NCBI RefSeq assembly: GCF_028641065.1 | Contig: NC_073410.1 | Location: 7,254,001-7,318,000 of the forward strand | Source of the DNA: Leucoraja erinacea | Lineage: Eukaryota | DNA length: 64,000 bases | Direction: 5' to 3' | Part shown: positions 37,881-51,777 of the stretch, piece after piece | Numbering within the stretch: the first letter of the stretch is position 1 | Layout of the letters: every line of letters begins with the position of its first letter | The notes under the pieces: generated by a model | Told to the model about the DNA's origin: nothing | Databases searched by the model: none | The model's input: the letters and a program-made list of their open reading frames with translations, nothing else | Made by a program: the position numbers and the translations under genes

Positions 37881-39939
37881 GTCTGTTAGTAGTTCAGGGC
37901 CGCCCTCTGGTTGCTGTAGGATGATTCAGTTGCCTGATAACGGGTGGGAAGAAACTGTCCCTGGATCTGGAGGTGTGCGTTTTCCCATTTCTATACCTTT
38001 TGCCCGATGGGAGAGGGGAGAAGAGGGAGTGGCCAGGGTGCGACTCGTCCTTGATTATACTGCTGGCCTTGCCGAGGCAGCGTGAGGAGCTCCCTTAAAA
38101 CAATGGTGGGGAAGTCTCCAGAGAAGGTAGGTTAAGAGTCTGATATGAAGTCCCACTTTGAAGACAGACACAAAAAGCTGGAGTAACTCAGCGGGACAGG
38201 CAGCACCTCTGGAGAGAAGGAATGGGCGACGTTTCGGGTGGAGACGCTTCTTCAGACTCAGTGTGAAGGTTTACAGTATTTATGTGATTGCAGCAAAGTG
38301 CTCTGTTCCCAACAGGGGGTCTACATTTCTGAAGGGGACAAATCTTCTATCGTTTATATCTATTGAACATTCTCCTGCATTATTTACAAAGCTTAATTCA
38401 ATTCACAAGGCTGTTGGATCTTCTTTTAAGGCACAAAACTTCTTATCAAGTCACTGGGGATATTCAGCAGTGAATAGAAAACAACCCTGTTATAAACGAT
38501 AAGGGCTTTGATCACAGCTGTCAATGTTTCTCCGAGTTCAATGTTACTACTGAACTGAGGCAGAGGTTATTTAAGGACACTTGCAACTTTTTTTGCACAT
38601 GAAATATGATAGAGAATAAGGATTTAAAAAAAAAGCACCACAGTGTTATCAAAAATGCTCAACGCCAAATCACATATCGAACCATATTCATACATCACAC
38701 CCATCAATTGCAGGCTAATTGGCTTGGTATACTCAGAAGATCATAAGTGTCAGAGCAGAATTAGGCCACAGGGTTCATCAAGTCTACTCGGCTATCCAAT
38801 CATGGCTGATCTATCACCCCCCCCCCTCCCCCCCCAACCCCATTCTCCTGCCTCCTCCCCATAATCTCTGACACCCGTACTAATCAAGAATCTATCTATC
38901 TATCTATCGCTGCCTTAAATATATCCACTGAATATGATGACATTGAATGGCGGTGCTGGCTCGAAGGGCCGAATGGCCTACTCCTGCACCTCTTGTCTAT
39001 TGACTTTGCCTCCAGTCTTCTGTGGCGAAGAATTCCACAGATTCACCACCCTCTGACTAAAGAATTATAAAATATATAAATTGTCCCTAGTGGGTGTGGG
39101 ATAGTGTTAGTGTGCAGTGATCACTGATCAGCACAGACTCGGTGGACCAAAGGGCCCCTTTCTGCACTGTATGTCTAAACTAAACTACCCATATACAATA
39201 ATCCCACTTTGTCCACCTTGGGGTTTGTCTTGGACATAGACATAGAAAATAGGTGCAGGAGGAGACCATTCGGCCCTTCGAGCTAGCACCGCCATTCATT
39301 GTGATCATGGCTGATCGTCCCAAAACAATAACCCGTGCCTGCCTTCTCCCCATATCCCTTGATTTCACCTTCTGCTAGAGCTCTATCTAACTCTCTCTTA
39401 AATCCATCCAGTGATTTGGCCTCCACTGCCCTCTGTGGCTGGGAATTTCCCCAAATGAGTCTTGATCTCAAAGAGTCAAGAGGACCTGAACTCAGCCCGC
39501 CCCACCATCAAAAGTGAGCATATGAGATATATTCAAGAGAGAGTTAGATTTCGCTGTTAAGGTTAAACGGAATCAAGGGATTTGGGGAGAGAGCAGGAAC
39601 GGGTTATTGTTTTGGGACGATCAGCCATGATCACAATGAATGGCGGTGCTAGCTTGACGGGCTGAATGGCCTACTCCTGACGCTACCTCAAGAAGGCAGC
39701 ATCTATCACCAACCAGGCTATGTCCTCCATTGCCGTTACCATTGGGGAAAGAGGTACACAGGCCTGAAGTCGCACACCATCAGATTTAGAGTAATCATCT
39801 CGTTTTCTAGAACTACCAGGTTCTTGAACCTTCCCACAACTTGGTCAAAGAGGGAAAAGTGGAAGTTGAGGACGAGACTGGAATTTCCACAACCGACAAC
39901 TTAGTGATTAATGTCAAGAATGGGCAAGAATCAGAGTTT

Positions 39940-40220
39940 AATTTAGTTTAGAGATACAACTCGGAAACAGGCCCCTCCAACCAGCGAACACTGAACACTA
40001 ACACTATGCTACACACACTAGGGACAATTTTACAATTATACCATGCCAATTAACCTACAAACCTGTATGGCTTTGGAGTGTGGGAAGAAACCTGGAGAAA
40101 ACCCACACATGTCACGGGGAGATCGTACAAACTCTGTACAAATAGCACCCGCAATCAGGATTGAACCCGGGTCTCTGGCGCTGTTAGGCAGCAACTCTAC
40201 CACTGCCCCACCATGCCGCC
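39940..40220 (-). mobile_element. HE1-like SINE
   Basis: Consensus match. Confidence 0.85.
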
Positions 40221-40402
40221 CAAGTGGAAGGAGGCCAGAATGTAGGGGTTTCATGACTGGAGGAGGATTTCAGTGCTGGATGAGGGACTTGAAATCAAGG
40301 ATAAAGACTTTTACTTCAAGGCGTTGGCAAGCCAGTGGCAATGCCTGCATGCTATTCCCCATCAGCTACCTAAAGCTTCCACCCAACCTCTTGGAAATAA
40401 TG

Positions 40403-40609
40403 TTTAAGAGGGAACTGCAGATGCTGGAGAATCGAAGGTTACACAAAAAAGCTGGAGAAACTCAGCTGGTGCAGCAGCATCTATGGAGCGAAGGAAATAG
40501 GCAACGTTTCGGGCCGAAACCCTTGGGTTTCGGCCCGAAACGTTGCCTATTTCCTTCGCCCCATAGATGCTGCTGCACCCGCTGAGTTTCTCCAGCTTTT
40601 TTGAGTAAC
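40403..40609. mobile_element. Near-perfect palindromic PLE terminal-repeat insertion with 16-bp TSD
   Basis: Arms of about 85 bp invert around ...GAAACCC-TT-GGGTTTC.... CCTCTTGGAAATAATG at 40387-40402 and 40610-40625. Confidence 0.9.
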
Positions 40610-41217
40610 CCTCTTGGAAATAATGATGGCAATGTGCTGAAAAATAAAGCAGCAATGGGCATAGTTGGCCTTCACAATCTGGCCCGTCTCCCCATGCAGC
40701 CCAATCGAGATCCATTAGCAATTGGATTTTTGCTTTAATTTAAATATACATAAACCAAGCCAGCAGACTTTCCCGTAACTGAAGGCTATAAAGCTGCTGA
40801 GAGACAGTATGCTGGAGTGCAGCAAGCAGGGGAGAACATCAGTAATGCTGAGCACAAGGAGCCTAATGTACTCTGAGCTGAAGGAGATGAATGGCTCATT
40901 CAAGAGGCAGCAATAAAATCTCACAACGCAAGAGTTAAAAGCCTCCAGCTTACCTATTTGATAACACACTGTGCAACTGCCTGTTACACTCCTCCACAGA
41001 GAAAGGCCTTTCTCATTCCCAAAAATACAAGGAGCATTCATGCTAAAACCACAGTAAAAGTTGTCCGTATATGACAAGGGCCAGCGTCTCTAGTCTGTGC
41101 AGGTTGTGCCTCAAGGTGGAGATATTTTACATTCAGTCAAATTTCTCGCTCGTTACATGAGCGGGCACTGGTTTTTCTGTATGGTAGACAATGCTAGATG
41201 ACTATGACCTTGGGTGG

Positions 41218-41905
41218 CATCTCACACAGAATCAGAGTCACACTTTATTTGGCAACTATGTTTTGCAACATTCGAGGAATTTCATTTGCCAAGTCAGTCA
41301 TACAAATAAAAAGCAACAGATCACCCAAAACACATTCTAACATGAACATCCACCATAGTGACTCCGACACATTCCTCACTGTGATGGGAGGCGAAATTAA
41401 GTTCAAGTCCCTTCCCTTTGTTCTCCCATGGTCGGGGGCCTTGAGCCCCCCGTTAACGGGACGATCTTGACTCCCGTAGCCGGCGGCGTTCGGGCCCTCT
41501 GCGTCGAGGCGATCCGCTCCCGCGCTGGGCGATCGAACATCGCGTTGGGGCTGGACGAACCTTCTCCGTCGTTGGAGCTCCCGACTCAGCCTCACCCATG
41601 ACTGCGAGCTCTTGATTGTAAGTCCGCAGGCCGCGGTGGGAGCGATCCCAGGCAAAGGGTCAGCTCCGATGTTAAGCCCGCGCCCCTCACGACAGTCCGA
41701 GGAGGCCTCCAGCTCCAGCGATGCAAGGCCGCAGAGTGCCCAGAGAATGCGATCCGAAAATTAATGACATCTCCGGCAAGGGAAGAACCTGAAGAAAAAG
41801 TTCTCCCTGATCCCCTCCCCCCACATAAGACAAACCGGAGAACATTAAAACAAACTTTTAACAAACACTAAAAATTAAAAAAAGATGAAAAAAACAAACA
41901 GTCAC
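41218..41905 (-). mobile_element. Member of the CpG-rich repeat family
   Basis: The reverse complement contains GCCTCCCATCACAGTGAGGAATGTG...GGTGGATGTTCATGTT, AATAAA and a short tandem tail. The 5' block resembles 1520-1700. Confidence 0.7.
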
Positions 41906-42042
41906 TGTGACTACTCACAGATCCATATATTTCCTCTGGATTACAAATTCCGCACCAATCTCAATGAATTAAAATAAAATTACAGACAAGGGTTAGTGCT
42001 ATTGCATTGTAGCTCCAGCAAGCTGGGCTCGGTGCTGTATTA

Positions 42043-42243
42043 AGGGGCTAAGTAAAAAAAGGTCGCCATGGGGAAAAAAAACCCACAAAAAAAAGCTATA
42101 CTATTTTTACTCGTATGTTTAGTGGTAGTAGGTCGGCATGTTAGATGTAGGTAATCGAGGGTAGTCGTAAATAGTCTTCTACATGACATTTCTTCACACT
42201 CTCCTAAACTCGGCAATTAGGTCACCCAAGTGGGACAGCCCCT
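42043..42243. mobile_element. PIF/Harbinger-type MITE, internally deleted
   Basis: TTA-AGGGGCT ... AAGTGGGACAGCCCCT-TTA. Confidence 0.7.
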
Positions 42244-43044
42244 TTAGGTTGTGTGTGGAGTTTGCAGTTTCTTTCTGAGACCTTATAATTCCCCACAAGT
42301 GCTCCACCATCTTCTTTCCACACCTCAAAGACAAGCTGATAATGGGATAATGGGCAACGATAAACAGTGTCTGAATCTGAATTACTGAATTGTCAGAGTC
42401 CGAAGACCCAAAACATCATCATCTATCCATTTTCTCCAACTCTCCAAGGATGTTGTCTGATCCGCCGAGTTACTCCAGCATTTTGTATCCTTCTTTGGTA
42501 CAGACCAGCATCTAGAGTTCATTTGTTATAGTCTAACATGGTGGCAAGCAAGACAATCAGAGGGAAGGAGCTGGGGGGGGGGGGGGGGGGGGAAAGAAAG
42601 AGTTACTCCAGCATTTTCTGTCTGTCTGAGCTGAATGCAGGTGGATGTTTATAGGGACTGGAGGGACCTTTGGTGCTATCCTCCGACAGCAGGCTGCTCT
42701 GGCTATAAACAAGAGCTCAGATGGAGCGACTTAATGCTTTGTAATAAACATGCACACTGCAACATCTTCAGCAGTCAGCTGCAGGACACGTCCCATAAAA
42801 GCTGCAGCAATGGTGTCACAGCCAATAATCCCATTGTGAGCCCGTCATCACACATCAAGTATACGACCCTTGCAGACATCTGTTGCGGCCTCACTTGCCG
42901 ACCAACTTGCGCATTTAACACACCCACAGTAAAATTAAATGAGAGTGCAGCCACAAATCATTGCTTAGCCATCATCTGGACTCGGGGCTCGCAGTTTACC
43001 TCAAGGTGCATTGGGGCATTGAGAGAAGTAACATCCAATAGTCT

Positions 43045-43348
43045 GCACGGTGGCGCAAGAGTAGAGTTGCTGCCTCACAGCGCCAGAGACACGGGTTCGA
43101 TCCCGACCACGGGTGCTTGTCTGCATGGAGTTTGTGCGTTCTCCCCGTGACCTGCGTGGGTTTTCTCCGAGTTCTTCAGTTACCTCACACACCCCAAAGA
43201 CGTACAGGTTTGCAGGTAAATTGACGGCAAACGTAAGAAACAAATGGCCCCAAGCGTTTGTAGGATGTTATTAATATGTGGGGATCGCTGGTTGGCACGG
43301 ACCCTGTGGGCCAAAGGGTCTGTTTCAACGCTGTATCTCTAAACTAAA
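43045..43348 (+). mobile_element. HE1-like SINE
   Basis: Consensus match with B box GGTTCGATCC. Confidence 0.88.
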
Positions 43349-44409
43349 GTCTGAAAAATCTTAAGAGTGTTGAACTGAAGCAGTCAAACGGGAGTAGTAT
43401 AGATGGGCATCTCAGTCAGCAGGGATGAGTTGGGCAGAAGGGCCTGCGTCCTTGCTGTATGAATTAAGTCCCAAGCTGTTGGATTAATAAAGGTTTGCTC
43501 TAAAAGCTAATAAAATAAAAAATGGAAGGCAGGTCCTGATTTGTGTCAAAGATCGAACCAAAATGCTGGAGTACCTCAGCAGGTCAGGCAGCATCAAGAG
43601 AAAATTGATAGGTGACATTTTGGGTCGGGACCCATTTTTAGACCTTACTGTAAAAACTGCCTGGGTGACCAGAACACACACATACTTGGCTCATGTACTT
43701 GGGCAATATAGTTCCTTGTGGAAATATATGAATGGCATGGGATGCATTGAGAAAGGTGTTGAATGAATAGATGAGATCTTGTGTACGGAAAGCTGCAGAT
43801 GGTATAGTACCTGCTCAATACAAATGGCTTAATGTGCTCAAATGTGCAAGAGATGAATGGCTCCTTCAATGAAAATGGCAGAGTCTGGGCGCTGAGTTTA
43901 CCCAAAACATTTGACAGTGAGTTGCTCTGTGCTTGCAAATATTTATTAAACCCGAGCACAGGGGAAGCACTATCTATAGCAGAGTGATATTGCAGTCATA
44001 TCTCAATAGAGCTGAAGGCTGGAGTTTAATTCAGTGAGAGACACAAGAAACTGCAGACTGTGGAATTTCGAGCAAAACACAAATTGATGAAGGCAGCATC
44101 GGTGGCGGGAATGGACAGACAATTTTTCAGGTCGGGTCTGAAGGAGGTCCAGCCCCAACTCGAAACGTTGCATGTCCGTTCCCTCAGCAGATGCTGCCTG
44201 ACCCGCTGACATGCTCCAGCACTTTGTGTTCCCCTTTTTAATTCTGTGAACCGTTTTATACTATGAATGAGCAAAAATCTGGCTCGAAGCTCATCCCTCA
44301 ATGTGCGGGCCATGGCAAGTTGCTGCTTAATCGAGTACTAGCCCTCTGGTGTTCAATTCCCCATCACTCGTCGGAATCATTAAATCCATCATTTCCCAGT
44401 TTGCAAGAC

Positions 44410-44898
44410 CTTTAGTTTAGAGATACAGCTGGGAAACAGGCCCTTCAGCCCACCAAGTCCACACAGACCAGCGATCACCAACACAATCCAGGCCCCATAG
44501 CAGCGTCCACGTCACGGGACTGGAAACTGGAAGTATCCAGAGCTAATTCTGCTACCACCATCATCTAATGTAACAAGCGATGGCTTCCACTGATTGTCGC
44601 CGGAAGCTTGCGTTCTCTTCAGGACGGCCGATGACAGCGATGTCAAACAAGAAGGACACGAAAGATGAAGAACACTATCCAACACACTCTAGGGACAATG
44701 TTTCTATATTTACACCAAGCCAATTAACCTACAAACCTGTATGGCTTGAGTGTGGAGGAAACCAAAGGTCGAGGAGAAAATCCACGCAAGTCATGGGGAG
44801 AACGTACAAACTCCATACAGACAGCACCCATAGTCAGGATCAAACCCGGGGCTCTGGGGCTGTGAGGCAGCAACTCTATCACTATCCCACCAAGCCGT
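44410..44898 (-). mobile_element. HE1-like SINE with a ~190-bp unrelated insertion
   Basis: SINE tail at 44410-44484 and body at ~44670-44898. AACAC occurs on both sides of the insert. Confidence 0.75.
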
Positions 44899-47800
44899 CA
44901 CCTTGCAAGAAGCAAATTGACAACTGCATAACCCCACCTGACACTTCAAAAGTATTCACTGGTTTCAAAGAGCCCAGAGATGTCTCAGTATTATGACATG
45001 AAAGCTTTTAGTTTCCTTTCGTGCGTTTCTTAAACCCCACGAAGAGAACAAAACGACTTTCTTTCCAAAGGCTGCGAGCAACATTGTGGCTTTGACAGGA
45101 AAGAGTATTAACTGTAATTGCATCATTAAAGGATTTGCTCCGTGCCAACATGCAGGGATGGTCCTCGTCATGCTGCTGCAGACCTTTTTATAACAACAGA
45201 ATTCATTCTGCTTTCCTGCCTGCAGTGAGAAGATATCTTTCAAGAAAAGTTTCCCTCCAACGAGTTCTGTGATCTCAGTTTTGAAGCAGAGGAAAGATTG
45301 TGCCTTTACGAAGAATAAAGGAGCCACAAAACTTTTGAGCAGAGTACACCAGCCATTCATGGCAGTGCTGTAACTGGTTAGTGACAGGGTCAAGCTTAGG
45401 GTTATCGGAAGGGCAAGGGTCAAGGGTCGCAAGTCAAAACTTCTTTGAAATCCAGCCAAGAGCTTTGGCAATAGGTGGCACCTTATGCAACTATTGAATG
45501 AGATAAACAACGAGTTTCATTTATATGCTAAAGAAGGAACTGCAGATGCTGGAAAATCGAAGGTAGACAAAAGTGCTGGAGAAACTCAGCGGGCGCAGCA
45601 GCATCTATGGAGCGAAGAAAATAGGCAACGTTTAGTGCCAAAACCCTTCGTCAGAGTCAGGGGATATGGGGAGAAGCAGGAACGGGGTACTGATTGAGTA
45701 TGATCAGCCATGATCACATTAAATGGCGATGCTGGTTCAAAGGGCCAAATGGCCTACTCCTGCACCTATTGTCTATTGTTGTAGTGAGTGAAGCGCGTAC
45801 GTCAGTTCCCCAGTCTGTGCTCCAACATTGATCCATTTCACAGTCATGCTATTTCACCGAGATAATAATTTAAGCAGTAGGTAATAAATTAAGCATTAGG
45901 TAAGTATGTTACATAACACTTAAAATGCTGCTTGGCTCACTCAACGTAGCTTTGGGTGATAACATTACAGGAGGCAGACCAGTCGGAGCAAAGGTCGATA
46001 GAAAAGTTCACTTATTGCAGCTAATAATAACCCCCCCCCCCAAAAATAAAAGTTGCCCTGTTCAAAATGCAAACCTTGGCTCAGTTGACTACAGAAATTG
46101 AGACCGAACATCGACACAAAATGCTGGAGTAACTCGGTGTGACGGGCAGTATGTCTGGAGAGAAGGAATGCAGTTTAGCTTTTTTTAAGTTTAGGTTTAG
46201 AAATGTGGAAACAGGCCCTTCAGCCCACTGAGTCCGTGCCGACCAATGATCCCCATACACTAGCAGTACCCTCCCTACACACTAGGAACAATTTGTAATT
46301 TTTTACCAAAGTCAAATTAAGCTGCAGTTCCTTCCTACATAAAGCATAGACAAGTCTGAAGAAGGGTTTCAGCCCGAAACGTTGCCTATTTCCTTCGCTC
46401 CATATATGCTGCCTCACCCGCTGAGTTTCTCCAGCGTTTTTTGTCTACCTTCGACTTTCCAGCATCTTTAAACATTTAGCATAGACAAGTAATTGGTTCG
46501 CATTGACATGGTGGCTTGCTCTCTGCTGTAAGACCATGAATAACTCCAATCTTTGCACCACTGGAGACTCTTCTCCAGCATTGACCATGAAGCATCTCTT
46601 TGCCACGGATGTTTCTCTACCCTATGATCCCAAGACAAAGGGAGTGAACTGGATATTTCTGCCCAGGGCATCAAACCTCAATGGTAAGAGCAGGTCAACT
46701 GGAAGTCCATCTTGACCTTTGCAACTGCGTAATCATTTGGCAATGGTAACCCGGGCTCCAGAGAAGACATTTAGACCGAGACCGAGGATTGTTTGCTGCC
46801 TATTGATCTTGTGCAGATTTGACGGGTCGGGATGGAAAATGTGAGGTGTTATTTCAGCAATGCAGCAGCACTAATACTGGACCAGCTCCCCATTTCACAG
46901 CTGTGTAGACTTAACACTAAGATCATTCAACAGTAGCAGCTATTCAACATCAAGGAGCGTGGCTTGCTAAATTTGAGTAAAACCCACATCTCATTTGCAG
47001 GCAATTAATTGTGTTGGCTGTGGAGTCATCTCCAGGAGCAGCTTAATGATGTGATTTACCAGTGAATTATGACTACCTTGTGTTAGCCAAATGCTGACTT
47101 TGGTTCTGCTGTTGACAGTTGCCTGATTTGGCTACAGTGCATTCTCCTCTGGAAACCAATGCTGATGTTAGAGATGCTTCATGCTTGTCATGAAGAAATA
47201 CGATTCATGTTCAGGTTAGGGATCCTGCCCTATTTATTTTTTCCCCAGATGCTTGTCTAGCTTAGTTTAAATTAAAGTGCAGCACCAGGCCCTTTGGCCC
47301 ACCGATTCAAGTGAGCTTATTGTCATGTGTCCCTGTATAGGACAATGAAATTCTTGCTTTGCTTCAGCACACAGAACATAGTAGGCGTTTATTACAAAAC
47401 AGATAAGTGTGTCCATATACCATGATATAAATATATACACACATGAATAAATAAACTTCTGCACAGACCAGCGATCCACGTGCACCAGCATTAACCTGCA
47501 CAATTGTCTTGACAATTTACTATTTTTAAATCAAAGCCAATCTGCACCTCTTTGGAGCATGGGAGGAAACAGGAGCACCTTGGGAAAATCCACGCAGTCA
47601 CAGGGAGAATGTACAAATTCCGGACAGTCAGCACTTGTAGTCAGGATCAAACCCAGGTCTCTGGCACTGTCAGGAAGCAACTCTACTGCTGTGCCACCCA
47701 GTCCCTTTAAAATATCATCCAACACTCTGCTGAAGCACAAGAGATATTTCCCAGTGGTCAACATTTATCCAGGAGACATCTCCAAGAATTGTGCTTGGCA

Positions 47801-50637
47801 ACAAGGTGCCAGTATGGACATCAATGACAAAAATAAGCTACAGTCAATTTTTTCCATCAATATAACCCCCCTCATCCATTTTTGATTTTGTGACAAATCA
47901 ACTTCTAATTAAATAAACAACTAAAAAGTATGATATCAACTTTTTGGTTAACTAAAAAGTAAAGCTCAGGAACATTTTGTTTTAAAACTTTGTAGGAGTG
48001 CCAGGACACCGCACATAAAGACAATTGACCAAGACTAACATTGCCATTCATGCAACTGTTTATGAGAGAGTGCAGTGGGTAAATTAGCTGCTGCATTTAC
48101 CAATGCAACAGACTACGTTTCAAAAATAAACTTTTATTGCTTATGAAGTGTTTTGGAACAGAGGCTCTTTTGAGGGGAGAGGAATGTTGACCGTTAATGA
48201 AGTGCAGTTTGCCACAAACTGTTATACCTTGAGCTGTGGTACCTCTCAGAGAGTGGCACTTAATATTCAAGGAACCACGGCAGCAATACGAATGCCAGCT
48301 TCCAATCAGTACCAGGTTTTGATTTGATGCTTATCACAGCACAATAATCCTTTGGACTATTCGCAAGGGCATGTCACAACTCTGCTGCGATGGGTCACAG
48401 AGATATACCTCCACACCCCCAGCTTTTGACATGAATCCACCATTGCAAGTTCCAAACACGTACCACAGGCATATTCGAGTCTCTCTGAGAGTCGCTTCAA
48501 TGGATCAAGCAGTGAAATTCATTCTTGCTTATGAACAAGGGTCTCGACCCGAAACATCACCCATTCCTTCTATCCAGAGATGCTGCCTGTCCCGCTGAGT
48601 TACTCCAGCATTTTGTGTCTATCTTCAATGTAAACCAGTATCTGCAGTTCCTTCCTACATGTTTGGTAGGAATGACAACAGGTCAACATTTGTCTTTTCC
48701 TAGTTTGTTAACGTTTCTTGAATTTCTACACAGCTCAGAATTCCCACACTGCTTGTGCATCAGGCATTCCTAGTTGAATGTGCACCGGAATACAATTCCT
48801 CAACAGCAACTTATTTCTTGTTAAATTCACCACTTTTTAAAAACTAATGCAAGACTTGGCTAGACAAGTACGGTGATTATGGGCATGCTAAGATAATTAA
48901 ACAAACTTTTGCATTTCATAGACGTATTAGTGGCAAAATGTACTTCAAAGGAGGACACTTGGCAGTAGATAATTCCGTTTAAATTAAGGACCCACACTAA
49001 TGTAGGAAAGTTATCTTTGTCAACAATCAGGGGAAAGCAGAAAAAAAATATTGACGATGCTTTGATTTTATTAAATCAGTGGAATTAATACAGGACCGAC
49101 TCTGAAAGTTCTCAGGCAAGGCAAGACACTTCCAAGAGACCTGGTTACGATTAAATTGCCACAGTTTTGCAATCCAATTAAAAAAAACAGACTAAATGCA
49201 ACCCACCCATGCAACGAGTGAAACTCCTGCCAATTGCCGCGCCCATACTTGCAAAGGGCAGTGCCAGCTATGTCAGCGGGAACAGCAATGATTACACAAG
49301 ATTTTTATCTGACATATGGCACACCTTACAGGCTTGGCAAATTACATATCAAATTTTGCAAGGCATTGTTTGGTCCATCAGTTAGAATGCAGAAGTTGAC
49401 ATCCCAATAGTATCAAAACATTGACGTTTCCAATTTCAAGTCACCCCTGCATTTCCTCTCTCTCCCCATCCCCTTATCCTGATCGTACTACCAGTTCCAC
49501 TGTTTGCATCACTGCATCCCATCGTTATCACCTCTTCCCCAGCCAACAACAGACCATTATGGGCACCACCACCCCCCACACCCCCACACCACCACACTCC
49601 AGTAACGAGTCACACCTTGTGAAAAGTCAACAGCATTCAAAGGGCCTGGCTCCTCAGAGGGTTTGAAGCATCCTGGAATCCTTAAAATAGAAAAGAGGGA
49701 ACCATGCACAGTCGGAGAAGGCTGTGGAGGCCAAGTCCATGGATATTGTTGAAGCAGACAGAGCTAGATTCGCAATTAGTGCGGGTGTCAGGAGTTTTGA
49801 GGAGAGGGCAGGAGAATGGATTTGAGGTAGAGATGGACTATCCATGATTGAATGGCAGAGTAGACTTGATGGGCTGAACGGCCTAATTCTGCTCCTATAA
49901 CCTTTTGAGAGTGTGGAGTCAGTTATGACACCAGACCATTAATGAATACACTGATGCACACACACACGCAGGAAGCTGCACTCACCAGATGGGCTTTATA
50001 TCTAGAGACTAACAAGAAGGTCTTGAATAATCCCACATCTTTTTCTCTCTCCTTTCCCCCCTCTGGGCTCCAGGGTTTAGAAGGGGTAGGTCAGTTGCTT
50101 CAGGTTAATCAGTACAATCAACCTTAATTGGACTTGGCTGTGGCTTGTTTACCTGTGGCCAGGAGGTGAACACACCTGAAAGGGTACATTGTCATCACAA
50201 GAGTAATACTCTGTACTGAACAAGTGGCAGAGTAAATGGACTGCTAAATCTTCCCAAACATTTTGCTACATTTTAGCTACCACATTCAGCTCAACATCCG
50301 GTTTTATCCCTTCCACTACAACCATTTGTTCCAGCCACTAATTGGACAATCACACACAAGCAGGGCTGCAGAGAACAGTATCTACCCCCCTCATATGCAA
50401 TCCCCCTATAGAGAAATCTGCCAACTTGAAAGTCCCCTGTGCCACAGCATGCGACCAGTTTATACATTCACCATATGGCCATTTTGCCTGTCCACACTGG
50501 ACACTGTTCTCACCCACAGACGTGCAAAGAAACCTGATGGACAAGTACGAGGGATAAGGCTCTCAAAGCCAGCTGTAGATCCCGATACACCCCACCCTTC
50601 TTCCTTCCCCACCACCACCCAAACGATTCAACACTTA

Positions 50638-50976
50638 AGGGCCTGTCCCACTGTACGAGGTAATTCAAGAGTTCTCCCGAGTTCTCCCCTGATTCGAGCT
50701 CGTGTAATGTACGTAGCGGGTACGTAGCGGCTCGTACGAGTAAAAAGTAACCATTTTTTTCGTCACGAGTATCTTTTAACTCGTGGGGATTTTTCACAGT
50801 GTTGAAAAAATGTCACGAGTTTACTGGATTTCCCCGAGTGCCTACCGTTACTCGTACGAGCCGCTACGTGACATCCACGAGCTCCTACATACCCGCTACG
50901 TACATTACACAAGCTCAAATCAGGGGAGCTCGGCAGAATTAACTCTTGAATTACCTCGTACAGTGGGACAGGCCCT
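50638..50976. mobile_element. PIF/Harbinger-type MITE (type A variant)
   Basis: TIR AGGGCCTGTCCCACTGTACGAGGTAATTCAAGAGTT and its exact inverse. Confidence 0.9.
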
Positions 50977-51777
50977 CACAAGAGCACTCACTGCCTCCTG
51001 GACCACCATCTCCAAGTAACTTTTAAGATAGACACAAAATGCTGGAGTAACTCAGCGGGACAGGCAGCATCTCTGGAGAGAAGGAATGGGTGACGTTTCT
51101 TCAGATCCAATCCCTCCCTACCTATGTCCAAACCTCACACGCCCTTCGTCTCTTCAACAACTTCAGTTTTCCAAGCCCCCACTCCCTCATCTTTACCATG
51201 GATTTCCCCCTTACCTCCATGTAACTTTACTTCATTCTGCTTTATGCATTACAGTGTCCGAATTTCTCTCAAATGGCAGACACTTACTGCAAGAGTCAAG
51301 ACAGTTTTATTGTCATATGTTCCAAAGCAGGGCAATGAAATTCTTACTTGGTTGCCATGGATCCCAGTAGCTTTATCACCTCCGACGTGCGAAACTTGTT
51401 ATGTCTAGCTCGGAGCATTTATCAAGCCAATTTCATTAAATCCATCACCTTTACCTCAACAATATCTATATTGTGCATAAGTGTTTTAACTGGGACCCTC
51501 AAGTTTATATTACCAGGTCTAAGTACCTTTTGTGCTCCTGACTTTAATTCACCACCTCAGGCTCGTTATCCAATTATGAGAAAGACTTAATTGTTTATCA
51601 ATAATTGTAATTTCAAATTGTACAAGTTAAGAGAATTTAACTGCGTTAAAAATTAAACCAAAACACATTTTTAAATGAAAATCTATTCTATGGTTCTTGG
51701 GGAGCGATGCACCGTTTGTGATGCCTAACAAACACTGTGACAATTGAATTAAACATAAAACTGTGCCGCTTGTACCC

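Larger units (their letters stand above)
36120..38087 (-). mobile_element. Rex1/Babar LINE 3' remnant, split by the PLE insertion
   Basis: ~37925-38085 minus translates RCLGKASSIIKDESHPGHSLFSPLPSGKRYR...SRDSFFP (Rex1/Babar C-terminus). The 3' UTR with the GTGACAATA tail continues at 36120-36289 beyond the PLE. Confidence 0.8.

Noticed and set aside
44965-45510. 181-aa minus-strand ORF in unique sequence
   Set aside because: No recognisable domain or convincing splice sites; includes a hexamer-repeat stretch. More likely non-coding.
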